Origin: Clostridia bacterium | Lineage (GTDB): Bacteria > Bacillota > Clostridia > UBA1381 > UMGS1253 | Direction: 5' to 3' | Assembly (NCBI GenBank): GCA_045537695.1 | Contig: JAZSQB010000027.1 | Span: forward strand, 11,288-75,287 | DNA: 64,000 bases | Part shown: positions 60,761-64,000 of the stretch, piece by piece | Layout: the number at the start of each line of letters is the position of its first letter | Numbering within the stretch: position 1 is the stretch's first letter | The notes under the pieces: generated by a model | Told to the model about the DNA's origin: nothing | Seen by the model: only the letters and a program-made list of their open reading frames with translations | Databases searched by the model: none | Program-made: the position numbers and the translations under genes

Positions 60761-61449
60761 GCCGCGCCCCCCTTTCTTTTCTTCTTTTCCTGGATAAACA
60801 AGGCACCCTCGCCATTGAGTGATGCCAAAAACACATTTTTACAGCTGCGGATATGCCGTACCTTCAACTGTTTTTCCAACCAGGCGCGCGTTTTACCGGC
60901 ACGTGTCAGCTCCGTCTCATCCACATAGCCATCCGTAATCAGAATATACGGCAGCACCGCCTGTCGCTTGGATAGCTGCAAATCGCCGCGCGTAACGGGC
61001 GTTGCCGCATTTTTCGGCACGACGCTGATTTGCCCGCCGGTCTCCAAAATGGCATATTCAATCTCGGAAATATCCGGATAACCGAGCACGCGCAGCTCCT
61101 CCATCAAATCGTCAATGTTAAACCGCTGCCGCTCCATTTCCTTTTCATCGAGCACACCCTTGTGAATCATCACGCTCGGGTTCCCCGAAAACGCAACGCG
61201 CAGACGGCGGCATTTCAAGCTCACAAACGAAATACTCAGTTCAGCAATCAGCAGCACCAAAATCGGCACCACACCGGACAAAAGCGGCACACCGGTGTTC
61301 TGCATCGGAATGGACGCTACATCGGAAATCATAATGGCAATGACCAGCTCTGCCGGCTGCAGCTGACCAACCTGCCTTTTGCCCATCAGCCGCAGCGAAA
61401 ACATAACCAAGCCATAAAGGATTACCGCACGTAAAATTAAAATTGCCAT
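60757..61449 (-). CDS. DUF421 (YetF-like) membrane protein
   Basis: RLMGKRQVGQLQPAELV, AILETGGQISV, LITDG; start MAILILR. Confidence 0.9.
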   Translation of the reverse strand: MAILILRAVILYGLVMFSLRLMGKRQVGQLQPAELVIAIMISDVASIPMQNTGVPLLSGVVPILVLLIAELSISFVSLKCRRLRVAFSGNPSVMIHKGVLDEKEMERQRFNIDDLMEELRVLGYPDISEIEYAILETGGQISVVPKNAATPVTRGDLQLSKRQAVLPYILITDGYVDETELTRAGKTRAWLEKQLKVRHIRSCKNVFLASLNGEGALFIQEKKKRKGGAA

Positions 61450-61475
61450 ATGGAGCACCTCCCAAAGATTGTTTC

Positions 61476-61505
61476 TATTTTTTCCCAAAACCACCTTGCT
61501 TATAC
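61476..61505 (-). promoter_or_regulatory. Candidate sigmaF/sigmaG promoter of DUF421-DUF4363
   Basis: GTATA-15 nt-GGAAAAAATA, matching the sigmaF consensus GYWTA-15-GGNRANANTW. Confidence 0.55.
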
Positions 61506-61676
61506 ACCAGTTTTTTGGTATACTTTGCAGGTGAGCACGGCCTGTGCGGGCGATTGCTTGTGCTGTCCTTCCGGCAATGCCGGACGGTGCCGCCATGCAA
61601 AAACTGATAAATGGCGAAAATGCTTGACTTTTCGGGCATTTTACACTAAAATATATAAGATAGACTTAGGAAAGGT

Positions 61677-61874
61677 TTGAATCGCATGATTATCAAAGTA
61701 ATTTGCGTCATCCTGGCAGTGCTGTGCGGTGTGCTTGCACTGAGCGCAAAGCATCTTTTGCCGCGCATTTTAAAGCGCGAGCCGGACGAGAGAGAAACGG
61801 TACTTGTCAAGGCCGTACTGCTTTTAATCTGCATTGCAATTGCGATGCTGATGATTCTGCCGGACTATCTGTAA
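61677..61874 (+). CDS. Small two-TM hypothetical protein
   Basis: Two hydrophobic helices, GAAAGG RBS, upstream TTGACT-17-TACACT; start may be 61686. Confidence 0.55.
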   Translation: MNRMIIKVICVILAVLCGVLALSAKHLLPRILKREPDERETVLVKAVLLLICIAIAMLMILPDYL

Positions 61875-61906
61875 TTTTGTAAATTGTATTTTTGGAGGAA
61901 TAAACA

Positions 61907-64000
<2,094 letters not shown>

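Overview
This 64-kb window is core chromosome of a spore-forming Clostridia-type Firmicute (inferred from spoVG, a GerA-family operon, ctsR-mcsA-mcsB-clpC, large SRP RNA-dnaX-ybaB-recR and SCIFF genes). It is mostly housekeeping: tRNA-modification genes, mltG, murC, glnA, recD2, a 10-gene F-type ATP synthase operon with a Na+-type c subunit, wecB/tagO, trpS, ppdK, oadB plus a small oadG-like gene, iscS/iscU and partial valS. The unusual content is intergenic. (1) An AT-rich 1.9-kb cassette (RAYT-type HUH transposase, XRE regulator, secreted stalk-domain protein) is bracketed by a 42-bp inverted repeat and has GTAG-REP hairpins inside the transposase gene. (2) A decayed second RAYT and several dispersed REP/REPIN-like clusters occur elsewhere. 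(3) A ~100-bp bulged-hairpin family with compensatory changes recurs, and its terminal TTAA coincides with the TAA stop of ybaB, atpG and gerA. (4) A lone phage-type replication initiator carries an internal iteron array. (5) A serpin gene has an in-frame internal deletion. (6) Three small genes are absent from the ORF track: scfA, an oadG-like gene and a 33-aa Cys-rich peptide. No CRISPR array, rRNA or intact prophage was seen. All family calls come from motif recognition by eye, not database searches.
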